This document shows positions 26,913 through 36,725 of a stretch of DNA of 41,843 bases, piece by piece. A program made the translations under genes and the position numbers. The first letter of the stretch is position 1; every line of letters starts with the position of its first letter. Below the pieces are notes generated by a model that saw only the letters and a program-made list of their open reading frames with translations, was not told the origin of the DNA and did no database searches. This DNA comes from Candidatus Desantisbacteria bacterium CG1_02_49_89 (GTDB taxonomy: Bacteria > Desantisbacteria > UBA1551): assembly GCA_001871075.1 (NCBI GenBank), contig MNUP01000003.1, positions 1-41,843 on the forward strand, given 5' to 3'.

Positions 26913-26941
26913 TTGACTTTTAACTGAAAATATGGTATATT
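26913..26941 (+). promoter_or_regulatory. sigma70-type promoter of the lexA-like gene
   Basis: TTGACT (26913-26918), 17-nt spacer ending TGG, TATATT (26936-26941). Confidence 0.55.
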
Positions 26942-26983
26942 ATAATTAGCAATAGACGATGAAACAGGAAAGGGGAAAGAGAA

Positions 26984-27598
26984 ATGGGGGAATTGCTGAC
27001 TGCAAAACAAAAAGAACTGTGGGAGATCATAAAGGACTTTATAAAACAAAATAAAGTGCCACCTACATACGAACAACTCAGAGATGCGCTAAAAGTAAAA
27101 TCACTTGCTACTGTTGCTGCTCGTCTTAAAATGTTGGTCAGAAAAGGTTTTATACAGGTAATGCCCGGGGTAGCGCGCGGAATAAAACTTTTAAAAACAA
27201 GCGAGGATCAGGTCTTGATTAGAAAGCCCTTATTAGGTACTTCTGCAGCGGGTCCGCCCGTTCTGGCGGAAGAAAACATAGAGAAGGAAATTGAATTTGA
27301 CGCTGACGCAGTTAATTCCATCCCTGACTTTTTTCTGAAAGTTAAAGGCGATTCCATGATAGGAGCCGGGATAAATGACGGCAACCTTATAGCAGTTAAA
27401 CAAAACGTTCAACCCAATAACGGCGACATAGTAGTTTATATGGTTGACAACGAAAGCACGATAAAAAGATTTTACCAGGGCAAAGACTGTATAATATTGA
27501 AAGCAACAAATGACAACTACCCAAATATTATAATTAAAGACACCGGAGACTACTCCGCTGTCGTCGGCAAAGTAGTAGGAGTTTTAAAAAATAATTAA
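26984..27598 (+). CDS. lexA: LexA-family repressor (winged HTH plus S24 autopeptidase)
   Basis: LTAKQKE...PPTYEQL...LVRKGFI...ARGI; Ala-Gly cleavage site (AAGPP); catalytic GDSM and TIKR. Confidence 0.85.
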   Translation: MGELLTAKQKELWEIIKDFIKQNKVPPTYEQLRDALKVKSLATVAARLKMLVRKGFIQVMPGVARGIKLLKTSEDQVLIRKPLLGTSAAGPPVLAEENIEKEIEFDADAVNSIPDFFLKVKGDSMIGAGINDGNLIAVKQNVQPNNGDIVVYMVDNESTIKRFYQGKDCIILKATNDNYPNIIIKDTGDYSAVVGKVVGVLKNN

Positions 27599-27616
27599 AA
27601 AGGGGAGGTACAAAAA

Positions 27617-27949
27617 ATGAACGAGAGTGAAAAAAAAGCACGCGAGTTAATACATTCCGCAGTCTTTAGAATTATTCGCCAGGCAGAACCCATTCCTATA
27701 AGTGAGTTTTTTAATAAGACAATAGGAGAGGTCATGCCGACGACGCCAACCCCACCAGGATGGGAAAATTTTTGGTGGGAGTCTTTGGCGATAGAAATTC
27801 AAAGACTATTTATTTTGGAAGGGCGCTACATTCTTGATTTTGATGAAAAATGGTTGGAAGATAACAAAGATAAAAAGTGGGAGGAATTAATTTCATATTT
27901 AGCAAGTGGAAAGCTGGTACCTTTCAAGAAAGAAAAGGAGGAGAAATAA
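27617..27949 (+). CDS. Hypothetical protein (110 aa)
   Basis: Strong GGGGAGG RBS; co-oriented and closely spaced after lexA. Confidence 0.75.
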   Translation: MNESEKKARELIHSAVFRIIRQAEPIPISEFFNKTIGEVMPTTPTPPGWENFWWESLAIEIQRLFILEGRYILDFDEKWLEDNKDKKWEELISYLASGKLVPFKKEKEEK

Positions 27950-27950
27950 A

Positions 27951-29129
27951 ATGAAAGAAAATATTTTAAAAAAAATATCCATCGGGTCGGTAGTGTGTAT
28001 AAGTTGCTTGCTATTCGCATCTAATACATTTGCATTTAGCGCAAGAGTAGAGGAAACCTCTGGGAAAGATAGAAGTAGTCTCGAATACGCAACTCAATAT
28101 CGTATCCTTGTAAATAATATCGAACCCCCACTCACTACAAATCAGACAGAAGACACAAAGACGTTTGGGTTGAAAGAGAAGGAGAGCGGCAAGACTGTTA
28201 TGATAACTTACTCACTGGGCTCAGGATTCCCAAATGACGATGGTACATATAATAATGTAATATTGTGGGGTAATTTTGCAGTGAACAAAAAATATGAATT
28301 AATTATAAATTATCCTGATGGTATAGTTACCAAAAATGAATTCGGTGAAGAAAAAATAGAGGAGAAACATTCTATTGTTGATATTTTTGGCCGGGACCTC
28401 TCTTTTCAAATCGGAGCGCACGAAGTGGGGGGGACAGACGAAATCGGATTTGATTATGATTTAGAATGGAAAATGGTTCGTTGGTCTCTCGGCAGAATGA
28501 AAGACCATGTTTTTAATATTTCATTAGTTGCCATTGGGGATTTAGGTACTAATCCAAAAGACCCTATGATCCAAAGCAGCTTACGAGAAAGCTCCGTTTT
28601 GGATTATCGCTGGCATTGGTACTGGCCCCTTGTAAAATATACATATCCTATGGGAGTTAAATGCAAATTTGCTGAAATTGAAAGCACCCAAGATTTTAAA
28701 TTGGTTGATTACACATTTAAATTTGGTTTTGCTATGGCTCTTCCAATTATAGACCTACCAGTGTTGTGGTGGCATTCTTTTGCTAAAATTAATATGCCGT
28801 TTTTCCCTTGTCTTTTTTATTGTGGTTACACTTTTGCATCAGAGTTAAGGAACATAGACAGCATTCAATCAAATATTCGCGGAAATCGACTGGACGCCGA
28901 ACTTATATATGCTTTTCCCATTTGGAAAGATAAAGATTTTAGTATTAAATGGTGGGCGTTTTACAATTTTGAAAATCAAACATTTGCAAATATGGTCGAT
29001 ACCGATATTAAATTTTATTTTAACCAAGACAGAAAAGCTGGGTTTATTGTAGGATACCAAAAAGGAGCACTCCCGCCCGAATTTAAAAATTCAGAAGCGG
29101 TTAAAACAGGTTTTACTTGTAATTTTTAA
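27951..29129 (+). CDS. Hypothetical exported protein, possibly an outer-membrane beta-barrel
   Basis: GGAGGAG RBS; signal peptide ending in AFA; aromatic alternating strands; C-terminal Phe (GFTCNF). Confidence 0.65.
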   Translation: MKENILKKISIGSVVCISCLLFASNTFAFSARVEETSGKDRSSLEYATQYRILVNNIEPPLTTNQTEDTKTFGLKEKESGKTVMITYSLGSGFPNDDGTYNNVILWGNFAVNKKYELIINYPDGIVTKNEFGEEKIEEKHSIVDIFGRDLSFQIGAHEVGGTDEIGFDYDLEWKMVRWSLGRMKDHVFNISLVAIGDLGTNPKDPMIQSSLRESSVLDYRWHWYWPLVKYTYPMGVKCKFAEIESTQDFKLVDYTFKFGFAMALPIIDLPVLWWHSFAKINMPFFPCLFYCGYTFASELRNIDSIQSNIRGNRLDAELIYAFPIWKDKDFSIKWWAFYNFENQTFANMVDTDIKFYFNQDRKAGFIVGYQKGALPPEFKNSEAVKTGFTCNF

Positions 29130-29159
29130 TAAAATTTAATACCAAGGTTGGTTTTCAAC

Positions 29160-29187
29160 TTGACATTTCCTATTTTCCTGATACAAT
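29160..29187 (+). promoter_or_regulatory. sigma70-type promoter of the restriction-modification genes
   Basis: TTGACA (29160-29165), 16-nt spacer ending TGA, TACAAT (29182-29187). Confidence 0.65.
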
Positions 29188-29242
29188 ATTGGACAAAAGT
29201 TCCAAGTGTCTAATATTTAAAAAGCACAGGGAGGAGAAAAAT

Positions 29243-31063
29243 ATGGCCAATGAAAGAATAACAGAGGATATAATAAGAAAACATTTTAATGCTTACTCTA
29301 ATGAATGCATAATTGAAGAGCAAAAATCTTCAAATCCTAAAATTGATAAATTATTGAAAGCTGCTTCCAAAAAAGGAGGTGGAAGGGGATATCCGGAATT
29401 TATTATCTCTCTTAAAAATAGCTCTGTATTTATTATAGTAATTGAATGTAAAGCAGATATTACCAAACACCAAAGTACTACATTAGACAAATATGATGAA
29501 TATGCGGTAGATGGGGCATTGTTGTATGCTTCCTTTCTTTCTAAAGAATATGATGTATTAGCAATCGGTGCAAGTGGACAAAACTTGACGGAGTTTAAAG
29601 TTTCACATTATTTATACTTAAAAGGAGAAAAGAACCCCATCCATATTTTTAGCAACAAATTATTAGACATAGAAAGCTATATCAATGGTTATTTAAAAAG
29701 TCCTGAAAAATTCAGACAGGATTATAATGCTCTTCTTGATTTTTCAAGGGATTTAAATGTGGAATTACACCATCATAAAATACCAGAAAAAGATCGTGCA
29801 TTATTAATCAGTAGTATTCTTATAGCATTAGATGATAAAGCATTTCGTAAGGCATACAAAGAATATGAGAAACCAGAAGAACTTGCTAAATTTCTAGTTG
29901 ATACAGTTTCAAATGTTTTGCGCCATGCCAATTTAAATGGGAAAAAATTAGACGATCTTAATATTCAATTTAGCTTTATTCACCTTAATGCATCATTATC
30001 AACCAAACAGGGCGTGTTACAAAATTTGATTGATAGTATTGATGAAAATATAAACAAATTCATAAAAACACATGAATATTACGATGTATTAGGGCAGTTA
30101 TATATCGAATTTTTACGATATGCCAATAGCGATAAAGGGTTAGGTATTGTTCTTACCCCACCCCATATCACAGAATTATTTTGTGAGTTGGCAAGTGTAA
30201 ATAAAAATAGTGTAGTATATGATAACTGCTGTGGTACAGGCGGTTTTTTAATCAGCGCATTAAGGAAAATGATAAAAGATGCAGAGGGTGATTTAAAAAA
30301 GGAAAAAGATATTAAAGCTATGCAAATCTTCGGAGTTGAGTTTCAGGCAAATATTTTCGCTCTAGCTTGTTCTAATATGTATATACACCAAGACGGTAAA
30401 AGCAATGTTATTAATAGAGATTGTTTTTACGCTGAAGTTATAGAGCAGGTTAAAAAATATAAGCCCACTGTAGGTTTTTTAAATCCACCATATCAAGCAG
30501 ATAAAAAGAAAGATACTGAGGAATTGGAATTCGTGCTGAACAATTTAGAGGTATTACAACCAGGAGCAATTTGTGTAGTGATAGTGCCAATGCAATGTGC
30601 TTTGGCTCAAAAAGGAAAAAAGTATGAACTAAAGAGACAACTTTTAGAAAAACATACATTAGAAGCAGTATTATCAATGCCCGATGAACTATTTTTTGAT
30701 TCTGATGTGGGGGTGGTTACTTGCGTTATGATATTTACTGCACATAAGCCACATCCAACAGGCAAAGAAACCTATTTTGGTTATTATAAAGATGATGGAT
30801 TTGCAAAACGAAAAACAAAAGGCAGAATAGATGCTTTTGGTAAATGGGGAGACATTAAAAAAGAATGGGTATCATCTTATATAAACAGAAAAACAAAAGC
30901 TGGGTTTAGTGTGAATGAAATTGTTACCGCTAATGATGAATGGTGTGCTGAAGCATATATGGAAACCGATTATAGTCTTTTATCAAAAGAAGAATTTATC
31001 GATACGGTTAAATCATTTTTGGTTTTTAATGAACTATACATTAAAAAAAATGAAGCTAACTAA
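29243..31063 (+). CDS. Fused restriction endonuclease / N6-adenine methyltransferase subunit (BcgI alpha-like, Type IIB)
   Basis: N-terminal GYPEF...IECKA (PD-(D/E)xK-like); LTPPHI, DNCCGTGGFL (motif I), NPPY (motif IV); GGAGGAG RBS. Confidence 0.85.
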   Translation: MANERITEDIIRKHFNAYSNECIIEEQKSSNPKIDKLLKAASKKGGGRGYPEFIISLKNSSVFIIVIECKADITKHQSTTLDKYDEYAVDGALLYASFLSKEYDVLAIGASGQNLTEFKVSHYLYLKGEKNPIHIFSNKLLDIESYINGYLKSPEKFRQDYNALLDFSRDLNVELHHHKIPEKDRALLISSILIALDDKAFRKAYKEYEKPEELAKFLVDTVSNVLRHANLNGKKLDDLNIQFSFIHLNASLSTKQGVLQNLIDSIDENINKFIKTHEYYDVLGQLYIEFLRYANSDKGLGIVLTPPHITELFCELASVNKNSVVYDNCCGTGGFLISALRKMIKDAEGDLKKEKDIKAMQIFGVEFQANIFALACSNMYIHQDGKSNVINRDCFYAEVIEQVKKYKPTVGFLNPPYQADKKKDTEELEFVLNNLEVLQPGAICVVIVPMQCALAQKGKKYELKRQLLEKHTLEAVLSMPDELFFDSDVGVVTCVMIFTAHKPHPTGKETYFGYYKDDGFAKRKTKGRIDAFGKWGDIKKEWVSSYINRKTKAGFSVNEIVTANDEWCAEAYMETDYSLLSKEEFIDTVKSFLVFNELYIKKNEAN

Positions 31064-32003
31064 ATTATCAAACATATTTGATATTAAATATGGAAATGGT
31101 TTTGAATTGTATAATTTAAAATCATACCAAAAACGTATTATAAATACTATTCCTTTTGTTGCACGCACGGCAGAGAATAATGGTATTTCTGCTTTTGTCG
31201 AAATAATAAATAATGTTGTACCATTCCCAAGTGGTTTAATTACTGTTTCTGTAGGCGGTTCAGTTTTAGAAGCATTTTTACAGCCCGAAAGATTTTATAC
31301 AGGATTTCATGTTTTAGTTCTTTTTCCTAAATATGAAATGGAAATAGTTGAAAAATTATACTATTGTTATTGTATAAGAAAAAATAAATATAAGTATAGT
31401 TATGGCAGGCAAGCAAACAAAACTCTAAAAGATATACTTATTCCTAAATCTATACCTCAAGATTTTGTTATCATTAATTGTGAAAAATTAAATACTCTTA
31501 TCCCCCAAAGTATAATAAATCAAAAATTTGAATTAAATACAAACGATTGGCAATTATTTGAATTAAAATCTTTATTTACTATAAAGGGTAGCAAGACAAC
31601 ACCGCTTTTAGAATTAGAAGACTACGGAATTGGTAAATATCCTTATGTAACAACGCGAGCAACAAATAACGGAGTAGAGGGGTTTTATAATTATTATACA
31701 GAAGAAGGAAATGTACTAACCGTGGATAGTGCAGTTTTGGGTTATTGTAGTTATCAGCCATTGCCATTTTCAGCAAGCGATCATGTTGAAAAACTTATAC
31801 CTAAATTTAAAATAAATAAATATATCGCTTTATTTTTAACTACGATAATAAATTTAGAACAATATAGATATAATTATGGTATAAAATGCAGTCAAATAAG
31901 AATGCGTAAACTAAAAATAAAATTACCAGTAAAAAATGGTAAACCGAATTGGGAATTTATGGAACGATATATAAAATCGTTGCCGTATTCAATCTCAATA
32001 TAA
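31050..32003 (+). CDS. Restriction-modification specificity subunit with two TRD repeats (BcgI beta-like)
   Basis: Two repeats (LSNIFDI...PFVARTAENNG / LKSLFTI...PYVTTRATNNG; KYSYGR / RYNYGI), LPVKNGKPNWEFMERYIKSL; start overlaps the end of the MTase gene. Confidence 0.85.
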   Translation: MKLTKLSNIFDIKYGNGFELYNLKSYQKRIINTIPFVARTAENNGISAFVEIINNVVPFPSGLITVSVGGSVLEAFLQPERFYTGFHVLVLFPKYEMEIVEKLYYCYCIRKNKYKYSYGRQANKTLKDILIPKSIPQDFVIINCEKLNTLIPQSIINQKFELNTNDWQLFELKSLFTIKGSKTTPLLELEDYGIGKYPYVTTRATNNGVEGFYNYYTEEGNVLTVDSAVLGYCSYQPLPFSASDHVEKLIPKFKINKYIALFLTTIINLEQYRYNYGIKCSQIRMRKLKIKLPVKNGKPNWEFMERYIKSLPYSISI

Positions 32004-32030
32004 AAACAAAGGAACTTTTTTCCAGTAGTC

Positions 32031-32759
32031 TTAGTATGCATACATCCTTCCGTAAGGGCGGTGGGTGATAGGGCAGAGGACCGTGAACATATCCCTGCTG
32101 AATGAGCGGGCGTCAAGCGAAAATATCCCGCAGTATTCGTTCAGGAGCGGGAAAACGCGGTTCCAGGACTGTTCGTCCATTCCGTTTTTTCTCGCTTCTC
32201 CGCCCAGCTGAAAGTCTTCAACCTTTCCCTTTACCGCTATTATCCCTCCGTGCATTCCGGTGCCGATGTAATTCCCCGCGGGCTTTGGGTTTCCTTCCCC
32301 CAGAACAACGAGCGTCCCGCCGGCCATGTATTCGCCCGCAAAGTCCTGCACGCTGCCGCCTATAATGATCACCGGATCCAGGTTTTCGTATGATTTCATG
32401 TGTATCCCGACCCGGTATCCGGCATTTCCTTTTATATATATCCTGCCCCCGCGCATTGAATGGCCGACTATGTCCCCGGCGTCCCCGTGCACGGCTATGG
32501 AGCCCCCGCTCATCGTGTTGCCTGTCCCGTCCTGGCAGTTCCCCAGCACCGTGATGCCGGGTCCGTCCATAAAAGCGCCAAGGTCATTGCCGGGAGTTCC
32601 TTTTATCGTGATGAGGGCGGCGGCTTTTATCCCGTCGGCTATGTAGCGCTGGCCGTTGATACCCTCAAGGATTATTTCTCCTTCGCCGGATCCGGTAAGG
32701 CAGCGGATCTTTTCGTTCAAAGCCCGGTAATTCATTCCCGTCGCGTTAATAACCATCAT
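32031..32759 (-). CDS. Glutamate synthase GXGXG (C-terminal beta-helix) domain subunit, GltB3-like
   Basis: GQRYIADG, GNDLGAFMDG, GEYMAGG, GTGMHGG repeats. Confidence 0.9.
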   Translation of the reverse strand: MMVINATGMNYRALNEKIRCLTGSGEGEIILEGINGQRYIADGIKAAALITIKGTPGNDLGAFMDGPGITVLGNCQDGTGNTMSGGSIAVHGDAGDIVGHSMRGGRIYIKGNAGYRVGIHMKSYENLDPVIIIGGSVQDFAGEYMAGGTLVVLGEGNPKPAGNYIGTGMHGGIIAVKGKVEDFQLGGEARKNGMDEQSWNRVFPLLNEYCGIFSLDARSFSRDMFTVLCPITHRPYGRMYAY

Positions 32760-32867
32760 AACCTCAATTAGTTTACAGAGTTTACACAGGTTACAAGTTT
32801 ACAAGTTTTGACTCTATAAACTTTGCAAACTTTATAAACTATGTAAACTATTTTTGACGATGCACGG

Positions 32868-34154
32868 TTATATCTCAATGCCCGGTCCCGTGACCAGGTG
32901 TTTCCTGTATTCCTTAGGAAGGTGTATGAGCCCGAAGTCGTCGCTTAGAAAATGCCTGGCGAAATCCCCGGTGTCGATCCTGTCTTTTATAAGGCCGGCG
33001 AATATGCCGGCGCGGTCGATCCTGCCGACGAATATCGCTCCGACCACAAAATTGTCCTTCAGGACTATCTTTCTGTAGGAGCCTGAATCCTTGTCAAGCT
33101 CTGACAGGACCTGGTATCCGGCATCAGGAGTATCGGTAAGACCCATCGAGATCGTCGGTATACCGCACAGTTCCACCGAGTTCATCGCGAAGCTTCCCTC
33201 GTATGATCTCTCAACCCCGGCCATGTTAAGGCCCGCGATCCTGCCCTGGCGGGACGCATTGGGCCAGATCGCGATCGCGCGCGTCTTACCCAGGATCCTG
33301 TCGTAGACCTGCGCGACATCCCCGGCTGCATAAATATCCTTTATATTTGTTTGCATGTGCTCGTCCGTCAGTATCCCCCTGTCTGTCTTTATAGGCGTGT
33401 TTTTGACAATGTCTATGTTGGGAACCACGCCTATAGCGAGTATTACCATATCGGCCTTTAGGACCTTTCCGTTCGTAAGAGTGACCGCGTTCACATTCCC
33501 GCCTTTATAACGGATCCTTTTTACGGTATCGTTCTTCATTATCGCGCACCCGGCTTTTTTTAAGGCATTTTCCATGATGCCTGAGGCGTTCCTGTCAAAA
33601 GTGGCGTTCAGGATCCTGTCGGCCAGCTCAACTATACTGATCTTTATACCCAGTTCCATCAGGCCCTCTGCCGCTTTTAATCCTATAAGTCCCCCGCCGA
33701 CTATAACGGCACTGCCGGAGGCGCTGTTCTTTTTAATATAAGATCTTATGCCTTTCGCGTCATCCCAGGTCAGGAACGTGAAAACACCCCTGCCTTTTTT
33801 AACTCCCTGCGGGATTATGGGTTTGCCCCCGGTAGCTATGAGAAGCCGTTCAAATTTAACCGTTTTTCCGTTTTCCAGCTTCACTGATCTGTTTTTAGCG
33901 TCAAGCCCCGCGGCCCTGATGCCTGTTATCAATTCAATCCTATTTTCATCAAAGAATTTTTTGTCTCTGTAATACATTTTGTCTTCAGTGACCTTGTTTC
34001 CGAGGAAATATGATATAAGCGGCCTGGAATACGCCGCGCAAGGCTCATCCGAAACAATGGTTATCGTTCCTTCAGTATCCGCGCCGCGTATCGCCTCCGC
34101 TGCGTTTATTGCCGCTACAGAACCCCCGATGATTAAGTATTTCGTCTTTTTCAT
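32868..34154 (-). CDS. FAD/NAD(P)H-dependent oxidoreductase (pyridine nucleotide-disulfide/NirB-like), probable electron input to glutamate synthase
   Basis: IIGGSVAA, YSRPLI, ATGG, VGGGLIGL, IYAAGD. Confidence 0.88.
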   Translation of the reverse strand: MKKTKYLIIGGSVAAINAAEAIRGADTEGTITIVSDEPCAAYSRPLISYFLGNKVTEDKMYYRDKKFFDENRIELITGIRAAGLDAKNRSVKLENGKTVKFERLLIATGGKPIIPQGVKKGRGVFTFLTWDDAKGIRSYIKKNSASGSAVIVGGGLIGLKAAEGLMELGIKISIVELADRILNATFDRNASGIMENALKKAGCAIMKNDTVKRIRYKGGNVNAVTLTNGKVLKADMVILAIGVVPNIDIVKNTPIKTDRGILTDEHMQTNIKDIYAAGDVAQVYDRILGKTRAIAIWPNASRQGRIAGLNMAGVERSYEGSFAMNSVELCGIPTISMGLTDTPDAGYQVLSELDKDSGSYRKIVLKDNFVVGAIFVGRIDRAGIFAGLIKDRIDTGDFARHFLSDDFGLIHLPKEYRKHLVTGPGIEI

Positions 34155-34496
34155 TTTTTCCTCGCTGTGATCGGATGATTACGGTGTTTGAAAACAGTCG
34201 TTAGTCATGTGTCATGAGTAAAATATTTGATTAAAGGATTAAAGGTTTAACGGATTAATGGTTCAAAGATTGAAATCCGTGCTAATTCGTGGAAATCAGT
34301 GGTTGCAAAGGCAGTCATTAGTCATTTATAAAACCTAAAATTTCTCTGTGTCTCTGTGCCTCCGTGGTGATTTCTTTCGTGCCTTCGTGACACTTTCGTG
34401 ATTTCGTGGAAATCTTTTGTCTTTAAACTTTCAGCTTTTCCGCCCAGATTGAAATCTGGGCGAGACCTCGCCCCGACGTAACATCGGGGCGGGCAG

Positions 34497-34937
34497 CTAT
34501 TCATCCCGGCATACGATCGCGCCGTTAGGGCAGTTCTTCACGCAGACAGGTTCGTCCTCGCCGTTGCAAAGGTCGCATTTGGAAGCAACCTTCCTGCCTT
34601 CCTTTGTCCTTGATATCACCCCGAAAGGGCATACCATTATGCACATCCAGCAGCCCACGCACTTTTCTTCGTCGCACAGCACGGCGCCTGTTCTTTTGTC
34701 GCGGCGCATAGCTCCGGTAATGCACGCTTCAAGGCAGGGCGCGTCCTCGCAGTGCCTGCACTGCAAAGCGAAGGACAGGTGGCCCTTTTCCTCTACAAGC
34801 ATCTTCGGCTCCGGCTTGGGGTATTCACCCTTGTATGCCTTAATAATGTTTTTCGTCTTTGAATGCTGGACAAGGCAGCGTATCTCGCATATCCTGCAGC
34901 CCATGCAATATTCTTCCTTAATATATATGCGCTTCAT
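34497..34937 (-). CDS. 4Fe-4S dicluster (HydN/CooF-like) electron-transfer protein
   Basis: CMGCRICEIRC, CRHCEDAPCLEAC, CVGCWMCIMVCP, KCDLC...CVKNCP. Confidence 0.92.
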   Translation of the reverse strand: MKRIYIKEEYCMGCRICEIRCLVQHSKTKNIIKAYKGEYPKPEPKMLVEEKGHLSFALQCRHCEDAPCLEACITGAMRRDKRTGAVLCDEEKCVGCWMCIMVCPFGVISRTKEGRKVASKCDLCNGEDEPVCVKNCPNGAIVCRDE

Positions 34938-35050
34938 GATTACTCCTTATGAGATTACACAGATTTCTAAATGATGATTACACAGATAAAACATTTTTTA
35001 ATCGGTGTAATCTTTTGTTCATAATCTGTGTAATCAGGCGCCTCCGGCGC

Positions 35051-36604
35051 CTACCAGGATTCGCCCGCCGCTTTTATGCCCAGTATCCTTAGTTCCGTGT
35101 CGCTGAGGCCCACGCCGCGCAGGTGCTCGCGGTTACCGCGCAAAGATTCAATCGCGTTTATGCCCATTCCGCCCAGCATTTCCTTTATCTCCAGGGACCA
35201 CGCGCGCAGAAGGTTAACCAGCCTCTGCGTTCCGATCTCTGGGTTAAGCCTTTTTGTCAGATAAGGGTCCTGCGTCGCGATCCCCCAGTTGCATTTTCCG
35301 GTGTAGCACTTCTGGCAGAGGTTGCAGCCCAGCGCGACAAGGGCTGACGTGGCTATATAGACCGTGTCCGCTCCCAGGGCTATTGCCTTGATAACGTCGG
35401 CGCTGTTCCTGAACCCGCCGGCTGCGATCAGGGATGCCTGGTTCCTTATGCCTTCCTCGCGCAGCCTTGTGTCCACTGCCGCGATGGCAAGCTCAATGGG
35501 TATGCCCACGTTGTCCCTTATCGTCAGCGGAGCGGCGCCGGTCCCGCCGCGCAGGCCGTCTATCGCAACGTAGTCCGCTCCGGCGCGCACAACACCGCTT
35601 GCTATCGGAGCCACGTTGTGGACCGCCGCGATCTTCACGCCCACAGGCTTGCTGTAGCGCGTGGCTTCTTTCAGCGCGAAGATCAGCTGTTTCAGGTCTT
35701 CGATCGAATATATGTCGTGGTGCGGGGCAGGCGACAAAGCGTCCGTTCCTTCGGGTATCATCCTGGTCCTTGAAATATCTCCGGTCACTTTTTCTCCGGG
35801 AAGATGGCCTCCTATGCCGGGTTTCGCTCCCTGGCCTATTTTTATCTCGATAGCGCTTGCGGTTTCAAGGTAGTCCTTGTGAACCCCGAACCGCCCTGAA
35901 GCGACCTGCACTATCGTGTTTTTTCCGAATTCATACAGGTCGGGATGAAGGCCTCCTTCTCCCGTGTTCCAGAAAGTCCCTATCTCCCGCGCAGCCCTGG
36001 CAAGGGAAACGCAGGTGTTATAACTTATTGAGCCGTAGGACATCGCGGAGAACATTATCGGGATCTCTAACTTCAAAAGAGACTGGATGCTGGATGCTGG
36101 ATGCTGGATGCTGGATGATTGTTTTTTGTTTGCTGTCCACTGTCCACTGTCCACTGTCCACTGTATCCTGTCCGGCCTGCGCCCGATATAGGTGCGCAGT
36201 TCCATTGGCTCCCTGAGCGGATCTATAGATGGATTCGTGACCTGGGACGCGTTGAGCAGGATGTGGTCCCAGTATACGGGGTAGGGGCGGTCGCATCCCA
36301 TTCCGGTAAGGAGCACGCCTCCTGTTTCCGCCTGCTTTACCAGGTTGGCGATATCCCTGTATTGCCAGTTGGCATTCTCGCGGAACTGCGAGGCGCTGCG
36401 CTTTATGTTGATTGCCTTTGTGGGGCAGAACGATTCGCAGAAATGGCATCCGACGCATTTGGCGCTGTCGCTTTCCACCTTGTTTGTCTCGGGGTCGTAA
36501 GAATGGACGTCGTTAGAGCACATCCGCACGCATGCCTGGCATGCCACGCACCTGGATTCGTCCCTCTCAACCACAAAGTCCTGTAAAACCGGTCTCTTCG
36601 CCAT
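35051..36604 (-). CDS. Glutamate synthase FMN-binding subunit with N-terminal 2x[4Fe-4S] (GltB2-like)
   Basis: CVACQACVRMC, CVGCHFCESFCP; AMSYGS, NTGEGG, QVASGRFGV, IKIGQGAKPGIGGHLPGEKV, SPAPHHDIYSIEDL, CNLCQKCYTGKCNWGIATQ; ATG 36604 chosen. Confidence 0.93.
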   Translation of the reverse strand: MAKRPVLQDFVVERDESRCVACQACVRMCSNDVHSYDPETNKVESDSAKCVGCHFCESFCPTKAINIKRSASQFRENANWQYRDIANLVKQAETGGVLLTGMGCDRPYPVYWDHILLNASQVTNPSIDPLREPMELRTYIGRRPDRIQWTVDSGQWTANKKQSSSIQHPASSIQSLLKLEIPIMFSAMSYGSISYNTCVSLARAAREIGTFWNTGEGGLHPDLYEFGKNTIVQVASGRFGVHKDYLETASAIEIKIGQGAKPGIGGHLPGEKVTGDISRTRMIPEGTDALSPAPHHDIYSIEDLKQLIFALKEATRYSKPVGVKIAAVHNVAPIASGVVRAGADYVAIDGLRGGTGAAPLTIRDNVGIPIELAIAAVDTRLREEGIRNQASLIAAGGFRNSADVIKAIALGADTVYIATSALVALGCNLCQKCYTGKCNWGIATQDPYLTKRLNPEIGTQRLVNLLRAWSLEIKEMLGGMGINAIESLRGNREHLRGVGLSDTELRILGIKAAGESW

Positions 36605-36725
36605 AACACACCCCAAAAACGTCGTACGTCGTAAGTCATACGTCGTACGTTTCACGTCGAACGTCAAGCGTCTTACGTCGTGCGTATAAATTCTTAAACA
36701 TACGACTTACGACGTATGACGGTAT

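Noticed and set aside
26984-32003. Prophage remnant with the LexA-like protein as a CI repressor
   Set aside because: No integrase, divergent cro or structural genes; the N-terminus is a LexA-type winged helix
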